The position numbers and the translations under genes are program-made. DNA of 64,000 bases, taken from NCBI GenBank assembly GCA_965215265.1, contig OZ244048.1, positions 4,256,001 to 4,320,000 of the forward strand. Direction: 5' to 3'. Shown here in pieces: positions 10,751 through 20,951 of the stretch; positions within the stretch are counted from its first letter, which is position 1; each line of letters starts with the position of its first letter. Under the pieces are notes generated by a model. It had not been told where the DNA came from, searched no databases, and saw only the letters and a list, made by a program, of their open reading frames with translations. The stretch comes from Candidatus Poribacteria bacterium. Lineage in GTDB: Bacteria > Poribacteria > WGA-4E > WGA-3G.

Positions 10751-10840
10751 TTTTGTATATCTCCGTACCATCAACGCTTAGGTATTGACAACTCGTGTGT
10801 AAATCTCGTCGGAGATTCCTTAGGTTATGATTCCTCAATC
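10751..10840. repeat. Dispersed ~92-bp element (copy)
   Basis: TTTTGTATATCTCCGTACCATCAACG...TGTAAATCTCGTCGGAG; reverse complement resembles 60765-60824. Confidence 0.7.
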
Positions 10841-10941
10841 ACTTTTCTCGCAAACTCCTCAATCTCCGCAGGATCCCCACCTTGATATAGAACTACCGTG
10901 GAACGCTCTCACAATTTCCATCAGGTTGACACATTATAGTA

Positions 10942-11796
10942 TTATTTTACAATTTCAACTGCGCGAATGCGGTGACGAAGAACAAGCACACAGAGAAGCG
11001 CCAACACCACTATTGTGAGAAGAGTCCAAAACCAAGAGACAGAGTAGTTCTTAGAAAGACCAAACAGCACAGTCCCTAGTCTATCATAACTTGTCCATAC
11101 TGAAACCCACGCCACTTTACTGCTGTGTGTAATTTCGCGTAGAATTTCAAAGATTATATACGTGCCAAACCAAACAGCACAAAAACCTATTGTCGCGTAA
11201 CGCGGATTTGATGTCAGCGACGAGAATAATAGGATCAGCAAACTTGCAGACACGATAATAATCGTCGAATACGCTATGATAGACAACGGTAACCAATAGT
11301 TTTCACGGAAGAACGGCGTATCCGTTAACAGCAGGTGTTCTAAAAATAGAAGGATCCCCGGAACTACCGTCAGGCAAGCAAGAAGAATGCCAACCACAGC
11401 ACATTTTCCAACGAGATAATCGACCCAGGAAATCGGTTTGGAGAGATAAAGCGTTAACGCGTTATTTTTCAGATCATTCGCTATTAAACCAGAACCTCCA
11501 AAAATTGCAATCAGAGCAATGAGGAATGGAGTGACCGGAATTAAAAATAAAAATTGCTGGAAAGCCTTTACATCAACAGAAAATATAGGAGTTGAGGCAG
11601 GAAATTGATTCACGATATAGATAAGCATAGCGTGAACTAAAATGTAGATTACAGGCGGTATGGCAACGATGAGGCGAACGATTTTCCGTTGCGCGAGCAG
11701 CCTCAGTTCAGCTTTCGTGATAATCCACCAACGCATACGAGTGTGCGGTTTTAACGTCCCATCCCAATGCCGGTAATGTTGCGTGTGAATAGGCAT
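10942..11796 (-). CDS. ABC-2 type transporter permease
   Basis: 'GSGLIANDLKNNALTLYLSKPISWVDYLVGK' motif; about 6 TM helices. Confidence 0.85.
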   Translation of the reverse strand: MPIHTQHYRHWDGTLKPHTRMRWWIITKAELRLLAQRKIVRLIVAIPPVIYILVHAMLIYIVNQFPASTPIFSVDVKAFQQFLFLIPVTPFLIALIAIFGGSGLIANDLKNNALTLYLSKPISWVDYLVGKCAVVGILLACLTVVPGILLFLEHLLLTDTPFFRENYWLPLSIIAYSTIIIVSASLLILLFSSLTSNPRYATIGFCAVWFGTYIIFEILREITHSSKVAWVSVWTSYDRLGTVLFGLSKNYSVSWFWTLLTIVVLALLCVLVLRHRIRAVEIVK

Positions 11797-11798
11797 AG

Positions 11799-12368
11799 TT
11801 AATACTTATAGATAGAAGTTCTTTCCAATGTATCTGAAAACGGACCCTGCTTCTTAGTCTGAATTTCAACGGTGATAATCCCCAAGGGTGTATCGCGCTC
11901 CGGGTCCTCTTCAATCAGGGCACGCGGAATCTCAGCACTCAGGAGTCTATCAAGCCTGTTGAGTTCCTGAGACCAGCGAAGATCTATGAGGCGCCCATCG
12001 TAAACCTTCTTGTGCTTTGCCCCATTGCGTATCGAGTAAACCTGGGCGTTAGTCGTAAACTCTGCCTCGGAGATAGTACTGATGCCAACGTTCGGGCTCA
12101 GAATGCTTTGGTTCCATATAAGAGGCGTTCCATTTCTATCAAGCAGATAAATTCTAACGTCTATACGGTCAACGCGCGGGTCCGATTGAATCTCGATGCC
12201 TTCAAAATTTTGGATTTCCCCACTGCCGCACGATAACAGCAGAAGCACACAAATACCGACTCCCACTCGGCATAACTGTTCCTTCCATTGCCCGAATTTG
12301 AACCCGGCATTAATCACATTTATCTCTCGCACTACATTTCGCAGCCGCGCATAAAATTGGTGGAACAT
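11799..12368 (-). CDS. Hypothetical protein, possible lipoprotein
   Basis: Hydrophobic stretch ending LLLSCG; stop 2 bp before the permease start; start codon uncertain. Confidence 0.6.
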   Translation of the reverse strand: MFHQFYARLRNVVREINVINAGFKFGQWKEQLCRVGVGICVLLLLSCGSGEIQNFEGIEIQSDPRVDRIDVRIYLLDRNGTPLIWNQSILSPNVGISTISEAEFTTNAQVYSIRNGAKHKKVYDGRLIDLRWSQELNRLDRLLSAEIPRALIEEDPERDTPLGIITVEIQTKKQGPFSDTLERTSIYKY

Positions 12369-12586
12369 CCCCGCAGCACCTCTTTTTAAACCGAACACGT
12401 TCACCTCCGTCTTTTGGATATTAGGCAGAATTAGCACGCCCAATATAGTAAAATTGGCTTGGACTATTATAACCTGTTTCAGCAATAGATGTCAACGGTA
12501 AAACGCCGCAGCAAGATAAAAAACCTCTTGCCTTTTTTTTTAAAATCCATATAATACCTCCTAAGCCATTTTAAAGGGGGAACCTC

Positions 12587-13675
12587 ATGAAAGCCGCTGT
12601 ACTGTATGAAATTGACACACATCTAAAAATTGAGGAATTTGACTTACCAGATACACGCCCCAATCAAGTACGAGTACGCTTGGTAGCAAGCGGAGTCTGC
12701 CATTCCGATTGGCACATCGTAAAAGGAGAGTGGCCCCACGTTCGACTCCCTATCATCCTTGGACATGAAGGCGCAGGCATTGTAGAAGAAATAGGAAGCG
12801 AAGTAACCCAAGTTCAAGCCGGTGACCACGTTATCCTCTCATGGAAACGGAACTGTGGATATTGCGAAATGTGCCAGAAAGGATTTCCCAATCTGTGTGC
12901 GTTACCAGCCGATAGCTCAGGCCGCCCAGCTACAAAAATAAGTAGACGCGAAATAGATCAGATGGCAGGATTGGGCACCTTTGGAACCGAGACGCTCGTA
13001 CCGCAAGACGCAGTTGTTCCAATTGCTAAAGACATGCCACTAGCACAAGCAGCGTTGATTGGATGTGGTGTAATGACTGGAGTCGGCGCAGCCATCAATA
13101 CCGCTCAAGTCGCACCCGGCAGCTCGGTAGCTGTTTTTGGATGCGGCGGCGTCGGCTTAAACTGCATCCAAGGGTCCGCACTCTCAGGCGCAGAATCAAT
13201 TATTGCCGTTGATATATTGGATAACAAACTTGAATTGGGAAAGCAGTTTGGCGCTACACACACCGTCAATGCCGCACAAGTCGACCCGGTAGAACAGATT
13301 CGCGAGATTACCGGCGGACCCGGTGTACATTATGCCTTTGAAGCAATCGGACTTATTGGAGAAACATTTAAACAAGCCATTCTTTGCACGCGAAGCCGCG
13401 GCGTAACGGTTTTCGTCGGACATGCACCCGAAAATACACCCGTCGATTTTGACGCACGAATGCTCATGCCCGAGAAGACTGTTATCGGTTCCATGTACGG
13501 CACCGCACGGCCCCATGTCGACTTCCCGCGGTTGGTTGCACTCTATAAAGCACGACAACTTAAACTAGACGAGTTAGTCACGCGAACCTATACCCTTGAA
13601 CGAGTTAATGACGCGTTTGAAGCACTACAGAGAGGTGAAGTCGCACGGAGTGTCCTAGATTTGACATCGGTCTAA
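12587..13675 (+). CDS. Zn-dependent alcohol dehydrogenase (class III-like MDR)
   Basis: GVCHSD, LGHEGAG, CGYCEMC..C, GCGGVGL. Confidence 0.93.
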   Translation: MKAAVLYEIDTHLKIEEFDLPDTRPNQVRVRLVASGVCHSDWHIVKGEWPHVRLPIILGHEGAGIVEEIGSEVTQVQAGDHVILSWKRNCGYCEMCQKGFPNLCALPADSSGRPATKISRREIDQMAGLGTFGTETLVPQDAVVPIAKDMPLAQAALIGCGVMTGVGAAINTAQVAPGSSVAVFGCGGVGLNCIQGSALSGAESIIAVDILDNKLELGKQFGATHTVNAAQVDPVEQIREITGGPGVHYAFEAIGLIGETFKQAILCTRSRGVTVFVGHAPENTPVDFDARMLMPEKTVIGSMYGTARPHVDFPRLVALYKARQLKLDELVTRTYTLERVNDAFEALQRGEVARSVLDLTSV

Positions 13676-13800
13676 TTATCAGATGCTTTCTAATGAAATT
13701 GAATCTTGTTACAATATGCTAATATTATTTCAAAGGAATCGGGGGCGGGAGCTCACTCCCACTTTCATGTAAATTAAGACAGTTTCCCTGGAGGACTAAC

Positions 13801-15468
13801 GTGTTTCCTAAGAGATACATTGTTGGAACTATCATTGTCGGAATCTTAGCGTGTGCAGACAGCATAATTGCAGATACCCCGCTTTTTACAGATGTAACCG
13901 CTGAACTCGGTTTTGAGTATCCTAATACAGCATGGCCAACTGGAACTTACGCACTCCACGAAGTAATCGGCAGCGGTGTCGCGCTATTTGACTACAATGC
14001 AGACGGTTTGTTAGATATCCTGCATATCCGATTCCCGCCCCCCGGCCAGCCCGATGCCCCTGCCCCTAATCAGTTATTTCAACAGCAGACGGACGGCACT
14101 TTCCTAGACGTTACAGAACCCGCCCAAATTGGGCACCCAGGATATGGGCAAGGCGTAGCAATCGGGGATGTCAATAACGACGGCCACAGCGATGTATACG
14201 TCACGAACTTCGGTGAAGATGCATTCTATCGAAACAACGGAGATGCCACCTTTACGTTAGAAATTGACTCTGGGCTCTCAAATGAAGCCTGGGGCACATC
14301 CGCTGCGTTCGGTGATGTCAATCGGGATGGATACCTTGATATCTACATAGCGAATTACGTCCAATTCGATGCAGAGACGATTTGCCGCGGTAAGCATGGG
14401 GCACCGGATTACTGTAACCCACAAGTCTTCCCGCCAGCTCCGGATCGGCTATTTCAAAACAATGGCGATGGAACTTTTACAGACATCACAAGGCAAGCGG
14501 GCATTGAATCCGCACCCAACCGGGGACTCGGCGTTGTCTGTCTAGATTTAACAGCCGATGGATGGCTCGATTTTTATGTCGCTAACGATGGAGAGGCAAA
14601 CCAACTCTGGGTAAATCAGCACGATGGAACCTTTACTGAAGAAGCCATCGTGCACGGGCTTGCCTTCAACACCTACGGACAGCCTGAAGGCAGCATGGGT
14701 ATCGCTGTTGGGGATATCAACGCGGATACGCGCCCAGACCTATTCGTAACGCATTTAACAGGCGAGACAAATACACTCTATATAACCTCACCTTACTCTA
14801 TTTTTTTTGATATCACTGAGAATGCCGGATTTGCAGGACAAGATCTCCCTTTTACAGGATTTGGATGTGGATTCCTGGATTTTGACAACGATGCTGACCT
14901 GGATATCGCCCTCGTCAATGGTAGAGTCAAACGCGGAAACGTGATTGAAGGCGCAGACCAAGGCGAATTCTGGAATTTTTACGCCGAACCTAATCTCCTT
15001 TTCCAAAATTCAGAACAAAATCCCCCGGCTTTCAACGATGTTAGTCTATACGCCCCAGATTTCACGGAACAAATAGAAGTCAGCCGCGGCCTGGCCCTCG
15101 GTGATATTGACAGGGATGGCGATCTTGATATGGTAGTGAGCAGTCTTAACAACCGACTTCGTGTCTATCAAAACAACGCACCACCACCAAAACACAATTG
15201 GCTTTGTGTCCAAGCCCTCACCCAAAACCGCGATGCATTTGGCGCACTCGTAACCCTTAAAACCGCAATGGGAAAACACACAGCGTTCATACTCCCCAAC
15301 ATAAGTTATCTCAGTAGCAGCCAACCGAACGCACATTTCGGATTGGGCATAATTGATGTTATTCAAGCGATTGAGGTTCACTGGCCAGATGGAACCCGGG
15401 AAACATTTGGTGGGGCACTTGCCAATCAGTGGATCCAAGTTTATCAAGGAGAGGGGACAGCCTTTTGA
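13801..15468 (+). CDS. CRTAC1 / ASPIC-UnbV family protein with FG-GAP repeats
   Basis: Repeated DxNxDGxxD motifs; C-terminal 'HFGLG..IEVHWPDG'. Confidence 0.88.
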   Translation: MFPKRYIVGTIIVGILACADSIIADTPLFTDVTAELGFEYPNTAWPTGTYALHEVIGSGVALFDYNADGLLDILHIRFPPPGQPDAPAPNQLFQQQTDGTFLDVTEPAQIGHPGYGQGVAIGDVNNDGHSDVYVTNFGEDAFYRNNGDATFTLEIDSGLSNEAWGTSAAFGDVNRDGYLDIYIANYVQFDAETICRGKHGAPDYCNPQVFPPAPDRLFQNNGDGTFTDITRQAGIESAPNRGLGVVCLDLTADGWLDFYVANDGEANQLWVNQHDGTFTEEAIVHGLAFNTYGQPEGSMGIAVGDINADTRPDLFVTHLTGETNTLYITSPYSIFFDITENAGFAGQDLPFTGFGCGFLDFDNDADLDIALVNGRVKRGNVIEGADQGEFWNFYAEPNLLFQNSEQNPPAFNDVSLYAPDFTEQIEVSRGLALGDIDRDGDLDMVVSSLNNRLRVYQNNAPPPKHNWLCVQALTQNRDAFGALVTLKTAMGKHTAFILPNISYLSSSQPNAHFGLGIIDVIQAIEVHWPDGTRETFGGALANQWIQVYQGEGTAF

Positions 15469-17114
15469 GCTTAGTAAATACACAATTCGCGCACCGATAT
15501 TGCAAAATTTTTCTGCTTTGCACACTCATAAACAGTTTGGTTGGAACAACTGCCGCCAGTGAAATCGAAATTCCACAACCTGCCGAGCTCGGGTTCGTTG
15601 AGGAGAAGTTGCTGTTGGAGGCAATTGCGTTCGCACAAGAAGCCGTTCGAGATAAACCGAACGACGCGGAAAAATGGGGAAAGTTAGGGCATGTCTACCT
15701 TGTCCACGGATGGGAGCAAACCGCAGTAACTTGTTATCGCCAAGCTATTACCCTCGCCCCTAATGAATTCCGGTGGCACTATTTTCTCGGAAGACTGACA
15801 GCACAGCAGCAACCGCAAGAAGCGATCCGGGTACTCACACGCGCGATGCAATTAAAACGAGATTCCGCACCCGCACACCTTTATCTCGCATCTGCCATGC
15901 GGATTTTAGGAAGGCTCGATGAAGCCAAACAACATTTAAAACGCGCCAAGCAGCTCCAACCCGAAAACCCTTTTTCTGACCTCTGGTTGGCTGAAATCGC
16001 GCTGCAGAAAATAAAACCAACAACCGACGATAAACTCCTCAACCAAAATTTCACACAACAGGTCGAACTCGCCCGAACACATTTGCAACACGCACTCCAG
16101 CTCAACCCAGCACAAAGCGAAGCACACGCCATCATGGCACAATTGCAGCGCCTTTTGGGCAATACACACCTTGCGCAACAGCATGCACGCGCAGCACGGC
16201 AACCCAGCCAATTTATCCCATTAGCCGAACCGCTGTGGTGGGAGGTACTTCAACAAGGCGTAACCGCTCCGCTGTACGCCCAACGCGGCAAGTGGCATAT
16301 TGCTGAAGGGGATTTTGAAAGCGCAGTCGCAGAATTTCAAGCACTAATCTCAAACGCACAAAAAGATGTCGAGGTTTGGATTGACTACAGCGTCGCACTC
16401 TTTTATACCCAACGTTATAACGAAGCATTCGCCGCATTAGCAAGCGCACAAGTATTACTCCGCAACGACCCAGATCTCAAAAAGTATAAAAAAACTACTG
16501 AACTTGACTATTTAACTGCCCAGGTGCACTACTATTTCGGACGCATCTATTATAAAACAGGTAGGAACGCCGCTGCTATTCGTGAGTGTCAGAAGGCGTT
16601 GCAATATCAACCGACACCTCGCATCTACCAAGTTGTCCCTGATAATGCAACAATAGCAACCTTTTTCTCTGACGTTTACGCGAATCTCGGCATGCTCTAT
16701 GAAGAAACCAACCAACTTGACCTGGCAATTGAGCAATATCAGAACGCTCTCAGACTGACACCGAAAACTCCGGCATTGCACCGAGACCTCGCGGTCGTCC
16801 TTTGGAAAAAACGGAACTATGCTAAAGCAGAATCCCATTACAAAGTCGTTGTCAACCACGATAAAACGGATATACAAGCGGTTTATAGACTTGGCTTAAT
16901 TTTTTTGATGCAGGAGCACTACGTACAGGCAGCCAGGCAGTTTAAAAAAGTACTTGAACTTGACGATAAACACGCCCAGGCGTATGGAGCATTGGGAATT
17001 GCACACCAAAAACTCGGAAATATACCGGAAGCAATTGCAGCATTTGAAAAGGTCTTACAGCTGGATCCAGCAAATCAGAATGCATTACAAATGCTCAGAC
17101 AACTCAAGCAGTAG
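15429..17114 (+). CDS. Tetratricopeptide-repeat protein
   Basis: Multiple TPR units (e.g. AYGALGIAHQKLGNIPEAIAAFEKVLQLDP); true start may be ~15465. Confidence 0.85.
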   Translation: MDPSLSRRGDSLLSLVNTQFAHRYCKIFLLCTLINSLVGTTAASEIEIPQPAELGFVEEKLLLEAIAFAQEAVRDKPNDAEKWGKLGHVYLVHGWEQTAVTCYRQAITLAPNEFRWHYFLGRLTAQQQPQEAIRVLTRAMQLKRDSAPAHLYLASAMRILGRLDEAKQHLKRAKQLQPENPFSDLWLAEIALQKIKPTTDDKLLNQNFTQQVELARTHLQHALQLNPAQSEAHAIMAQLQRLLGNTHLAQQHARAARQPSQFIPLAEPLWWEVLQQGVTAPLYAQRGKWHIAEGDFESAVAEFQALISNAQKDVEVWIDYSVALFYTQRYNEAFAALASAQVLLRNDPDLKKYKKTTELDYLTAQVHYYFGRIYYKTGRNAAAIRECQKALQYQPTPRIYQVVPDNATIATFFSDVYANLGMLYEETNQLDLAIEQYQNALRLTPKTPALHRDLAVVLWKKRNYAKAESHYKVVVNHDKTDIQAVYRLGLIFLMQEHYVQAARQFKKVLELDDKHAQAYGALGIAHQKLGNIPEAIAAFEKVLQLDPANQNALQMLRQLKQ

Positions 17115-17120
17115 TCCTTT

Positions 17121-19336
17121 TTATTCTTGTGGAATATATAAAGCCCCTGTGCCCTGTGGACTCTTTCCATCAGTACCACCCCAGACAATCATTTTATCTT
17201 TTGCCCAGATTGCGGTGTGAAGTACTTTCCCATCCGGAATACCGTCAGTGGGTAATGGATGCCACATGTCCGTTGTAGATTTATACACACCGCCGGTTTT
17301 TAGTGGCTTGCCTTTACTACCAAAACCTCCCCAGACAATCATGCCGATACTGCTCCACACGGCACGATGCCCAAAACGCTCAGCCGGCGCGTTTCGCATC
17401 GAAATAGAGTGCCAGGTGTCTGTTTCCGGATCGTACATTCTACCGGTGTTGAGAGAACGGGTGCCGTCTGTGCCGCCCCAAATAAGCAGGCGTGAACCAC
17501 TCCACACCGCCGTGTGGCCGAATCTGCCCTCCGGCGCACCGGTTATACTCATTGGATGCCACGTATCCGTCGCAGGATCATACACTCCGCCTGTGTTGAC
17601 ATACCCTTCTCCTGTCGTACCACCCCAAACGAGCATTGCAGAGCCGTTCCACACAGCAGTATGTCCGCTGCGCGCATTCGGCGCACGTTCGCTAGAAATA
17701 GGCACCCACGTGTCACTGTTCGGCGTATAAATAGCCCCTGTCTGCACCGGTGTTTCGGCTGCATTCAAACCACCCCACACGATGAGCTCTGTTCCTGTCC
17801 ATACCGCACCGTGAAGAAATACCCCCTCAGGTGCTTGTGGAGCCGGTAGAGGACCCCACGTATCTGCCTGGAGTTTGTAACGCCCCCCGGTATTGAGGAA
17901 CCCTGCCTGCGATGCACCGCCCCAGACGAGCATCTCGGCACCCGTCCATACCGCAGTATGCCCGCCACGAGGAGCAGGGGCTTCAACTACAGAAAGCGGT
18001 TGCCAACTCTCTGTTTGTGGCGTGTAACGCCCCCCGGTATTTAGATAACCGGCTTGTGTGATGCCACCCCAAATTAGCATCTGATGTCCTGTCCACACCG
18101 CGGTATGTCCACCCCGAGCGGACATACCCTGTCCAGACAGGAGGTCGATCCACCGCCCCGTTTCCGGTTCATATCGACTCCCTGTATCCAGATACTGTTG
18201 CTTGTCTGTTCCACCCCAGACAAACATCTCTTTACCAGTCCAAACAGTCGTATGCCCAATGCGTCCTTGTAGACGTGTCGTCACTGGCATAGGCATCCAA
18301 GTATCCGTTCCCGGGTCGTATATGCCGCCTGTCTTTAGAGGCTGTCCGTTCCCGCCAAATCCACCCCAGATGAGCATCCTATCGCCTATCCAGACTGCAG
18401 TATGGCCCGCACGTGCCGCCGGTGCACCCTCCATAGCAAGCGGCATCCAAGTATTCGTTTCAGGACTGTATACGCCCCCGTTGCTAAGCGGTTTTGCGCA
18501 TCGTTAAGTCCACCCCACACAACCATTACACCAGAAGACCCGGTTTTTGCCCAAATAGCAGTATGCGCCGCACGTGGAGTTGGCGCGTTAAGTGTTGAAA
18601 GCCGATGCCATTTATCCGTTTTTGACTCATAAACTCCACCGGTTTGGAGAGGCTGCCTCTTCGCATCAAACCCACCCCACACCAGCATGTGGATGCCAGT
18701 CCAAACTGCTGTGTGGCTTATACGCGGCGCAGGCGCTTGTTCCGTCGAAACCGGCTCCCACCGCGCTGCTCCCGGAAGATAACTGCCTGCTGTACTGAGA
18801 AATTTATTTTTCCCATCCCATCCACCCCAGACAATCATCTCTTCTCCATTCCAGACCGAGGTATGACCGCCACGTGCTTCAGGGGCATTTTCGGTTGTGA
18901 GGATTTTCCACCGACGTTTGCCCGGCATGTATATACCACCGTTTTTCAAAGGAGTATCATCCGACGAAAAACCACCCCAAATGATGAGTTGCTCGTCTGC
19001 CCAGACTGCACCATGGTCGCCACGTGCTTCTGGGGCTCCATGAGCCGGAAGAGGATGCCACACATCTGTGGCAGGATTGTAGCTGCTACCGTCCTGTAAC
19101 TGCCCCGTTGCATTAACCCCACCCCATACGATGACCTGTTTGCCTGTCCATACTGCGGTATGGAGCCATCTTGCACTCGGTGGCCCAGCCGCAACGGGCT
19201 CCCATGTCCCTTGTGAATCAACTGGAAGAGGGATAACGCATAAAAGCAAAAAGAAAAGCAATATCAACCCAGATTTAAAGCGCGTTACACAGACATAGAT
19301 AAAAAAAAACGGCGGGATACGCCAAGGTAGGTTCAT
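17121..19336 (-). pseudogene. Secreted Kelch-repeat (beta-propeller) protein, split by a 1-nt frameshift
   Basis: About 14 'R.GHTAVWTG..M.VWGG....TGG.Y.P..D.W' units across ORFs 18386-19336 and 17121-18446; one missing base in the C5 run at 18475-18479 joins them. Confidence 0.8.
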
Positions 19337-19477
19337 GCTACTTATCCGTCCAGTACTGTTTTACGCCAACACTACATTGAACAGTCAGAGTACGTTTTTT
19401 GTTTGTGTGTTCGGTAGACACGCTCACAACGCGTGCCTACCGAAAATTATTAAATTTGAAGACGGGGCATTACACGC

Positions 19478-20245
19478 TTATTTCAAGTGATTAATCGACT
19501 TGAGGTGCCCCCACGTTACGCCAAGTTTACCGGCCGGTTCAATTGCCAAATACGTTTGGAACCCATCCATAAGAACCTGAATATCTTCTTGCTCAAGTGC
19601 AGAATGAAAAATAGCGACTTCATCCATAGCCCCCGTGAAAAAGTTCCCAGTGGCATCCCATACGCCGCATCCACCGATGTTAACATTAAAAGCGGATGTG
19701 CCGTGATTCGCCCAGCCCCCTTTTTTCTCTTTATATTCGCCATCAATGTAGACGTGAACGTAGTCTGTTGTCGCAACACACCCAACGTGGTGCCAATCGC
19801 CATTGTCGTGTTTGAATGGCCAAGGATGCTCTGTACCACCAGCAGTTGGGGTCCAGAGGTTTACGGTCTGAGGGTTAATAAATCCGAATTCCGGCGAATC
19901 GTTTTGGCCCACTAGACCTATTCGATTGGCACTAATGTCGCCCGTTTGCACCCACGTAATAATCGTGAACTCTTCCAGGTTATCCAGCAGCTTCTGTTCT
20001 GTTTGAACGCAGCTAGCCTTGCCATCAAATTCAAGAGCCATCCCATATTTTCCCCTTACCCATGCAGGGGACTTAACCAATGTTCCATCATTTCCTGCGT
20101 TGGACAAGTCGCCAGCAACTTCGCCTTTACCTTCATCAAAGAGCCAGATGCCGACAGCTGTCTCTAGGTCTATCTCCGCGGTGCTAATATGAACAGCAAT
20201 GAGACTGAAACACACAACACCGAGAACTAACAGATTTTTTTTCAT
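19478..20245 (-). CDS. Secreted LamG-like jellyroll protein
   Basis: Signal peptide, GIWLFDEGKG, WHHVG, GAMDEVAIF; tail AIEPAGKLGVTWGHLK. Confidence 0.85.
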   Translation of the reverse strand: MKKNLLVLGVVCFSLIAVHISTAEIDLETAVGIWLFDEGKGEVAGDLSNAGNDGTLVKSPAWVRGKYGMALEFDGKASCVQTEQKLLDNLEEFTIITWVQTGDISANRIGLVGQNDSPEFGFINPQTVNLWTPTAGGTEHPWPFKHDNGDWHHVGCVATTDYVHVYIDGEYKEKKGGWANHGTSAFNVNIGGCGVWDATGNFFTGAMDEVAIFHSALEQEDIQVLMDGFQTYLAIEPAGKLGVTWGHLKSINHLK

Positions 20246-20270
20246 GTCATGTTCCTCCTACTGTAATGTA

Positions 20271-20418
20271 AACCTGAGTTCAACATAAGCATTTAGAAGT
20301 TCGCAGGCAACCGCAATGCTCGTAAACATCAAATTAACGGTGCCATTTGGAAAAGGTGCGGTCTCTTCATCGTACTAGAGACGTTCGCTAACTACCACAA
20401 TTATATCGAACTCACGTT
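20271..20418. mobile_element. Possible MITE with 18-bp imperfect terminal inverted repeats
   Basis: AACCTGAGTTCAACATAA (20271) versus the reverse complement of TTATATCGAACTCACGTT (20401): 15/18 identical. Confidence 0.45.
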
Positions 20419-20727
20419 TCTATATCTGATCAGAATTACAACAGCGTTCGCCATTGCATCTGAAATTAAGATTCGTTTAAAGCTTAATTTATTATAGAGT
20501 AAAATGAGATAAATTTACAAGAAAAAAAGTGAAGTTTTTTTTACTCGGTGCAGATAAAGTTCTTTTGGCGTGAATCGGCTTATCTGTATCCCGTCAGAAC
20601 TGTCTCGTGAAATAAAAAAATAGGGCGCATTTAAGACGTGACTGCCTACACCTTAAATCCGCCCTTATACACACAAAGTCTAATAACTCGCTTTTAGGTG
20701 CCCCCAACAGGCTTATGAGAAAGAGGT

Positions 20728-20861
20728 TCTTGTGGAGAGTCTGGGGTGTTGGATATCAGAATTCAGAATTAGGATTTGCAGCATTTTAGGATGCGCAGAA
20801 GAAGAAGGGACCCGGTGTTAGCATTGTCATCCTGGTTGGCTAATAGGTGGCTCTAACTCAC
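20728..20861 (+). repeat. Left copy of a ~110-130-bp imperfect direct repeat
   Basis: Blocks CTTGTGGA, GAAT.AGGATTTGCAGCA, GGTGTTAG and GGTGGCTCTAACTCAC recur in the same order at 24904-25015. Confidence 0.65.
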
Positions 20862-20951
20862 CACAAAAAATGGGAATAAATGCGTGAAAACTATCAGCTT
20901 CTTAGAACAATCCAATAACAAAGGCGCGTATCACGCATAGTGAACCCCCTC

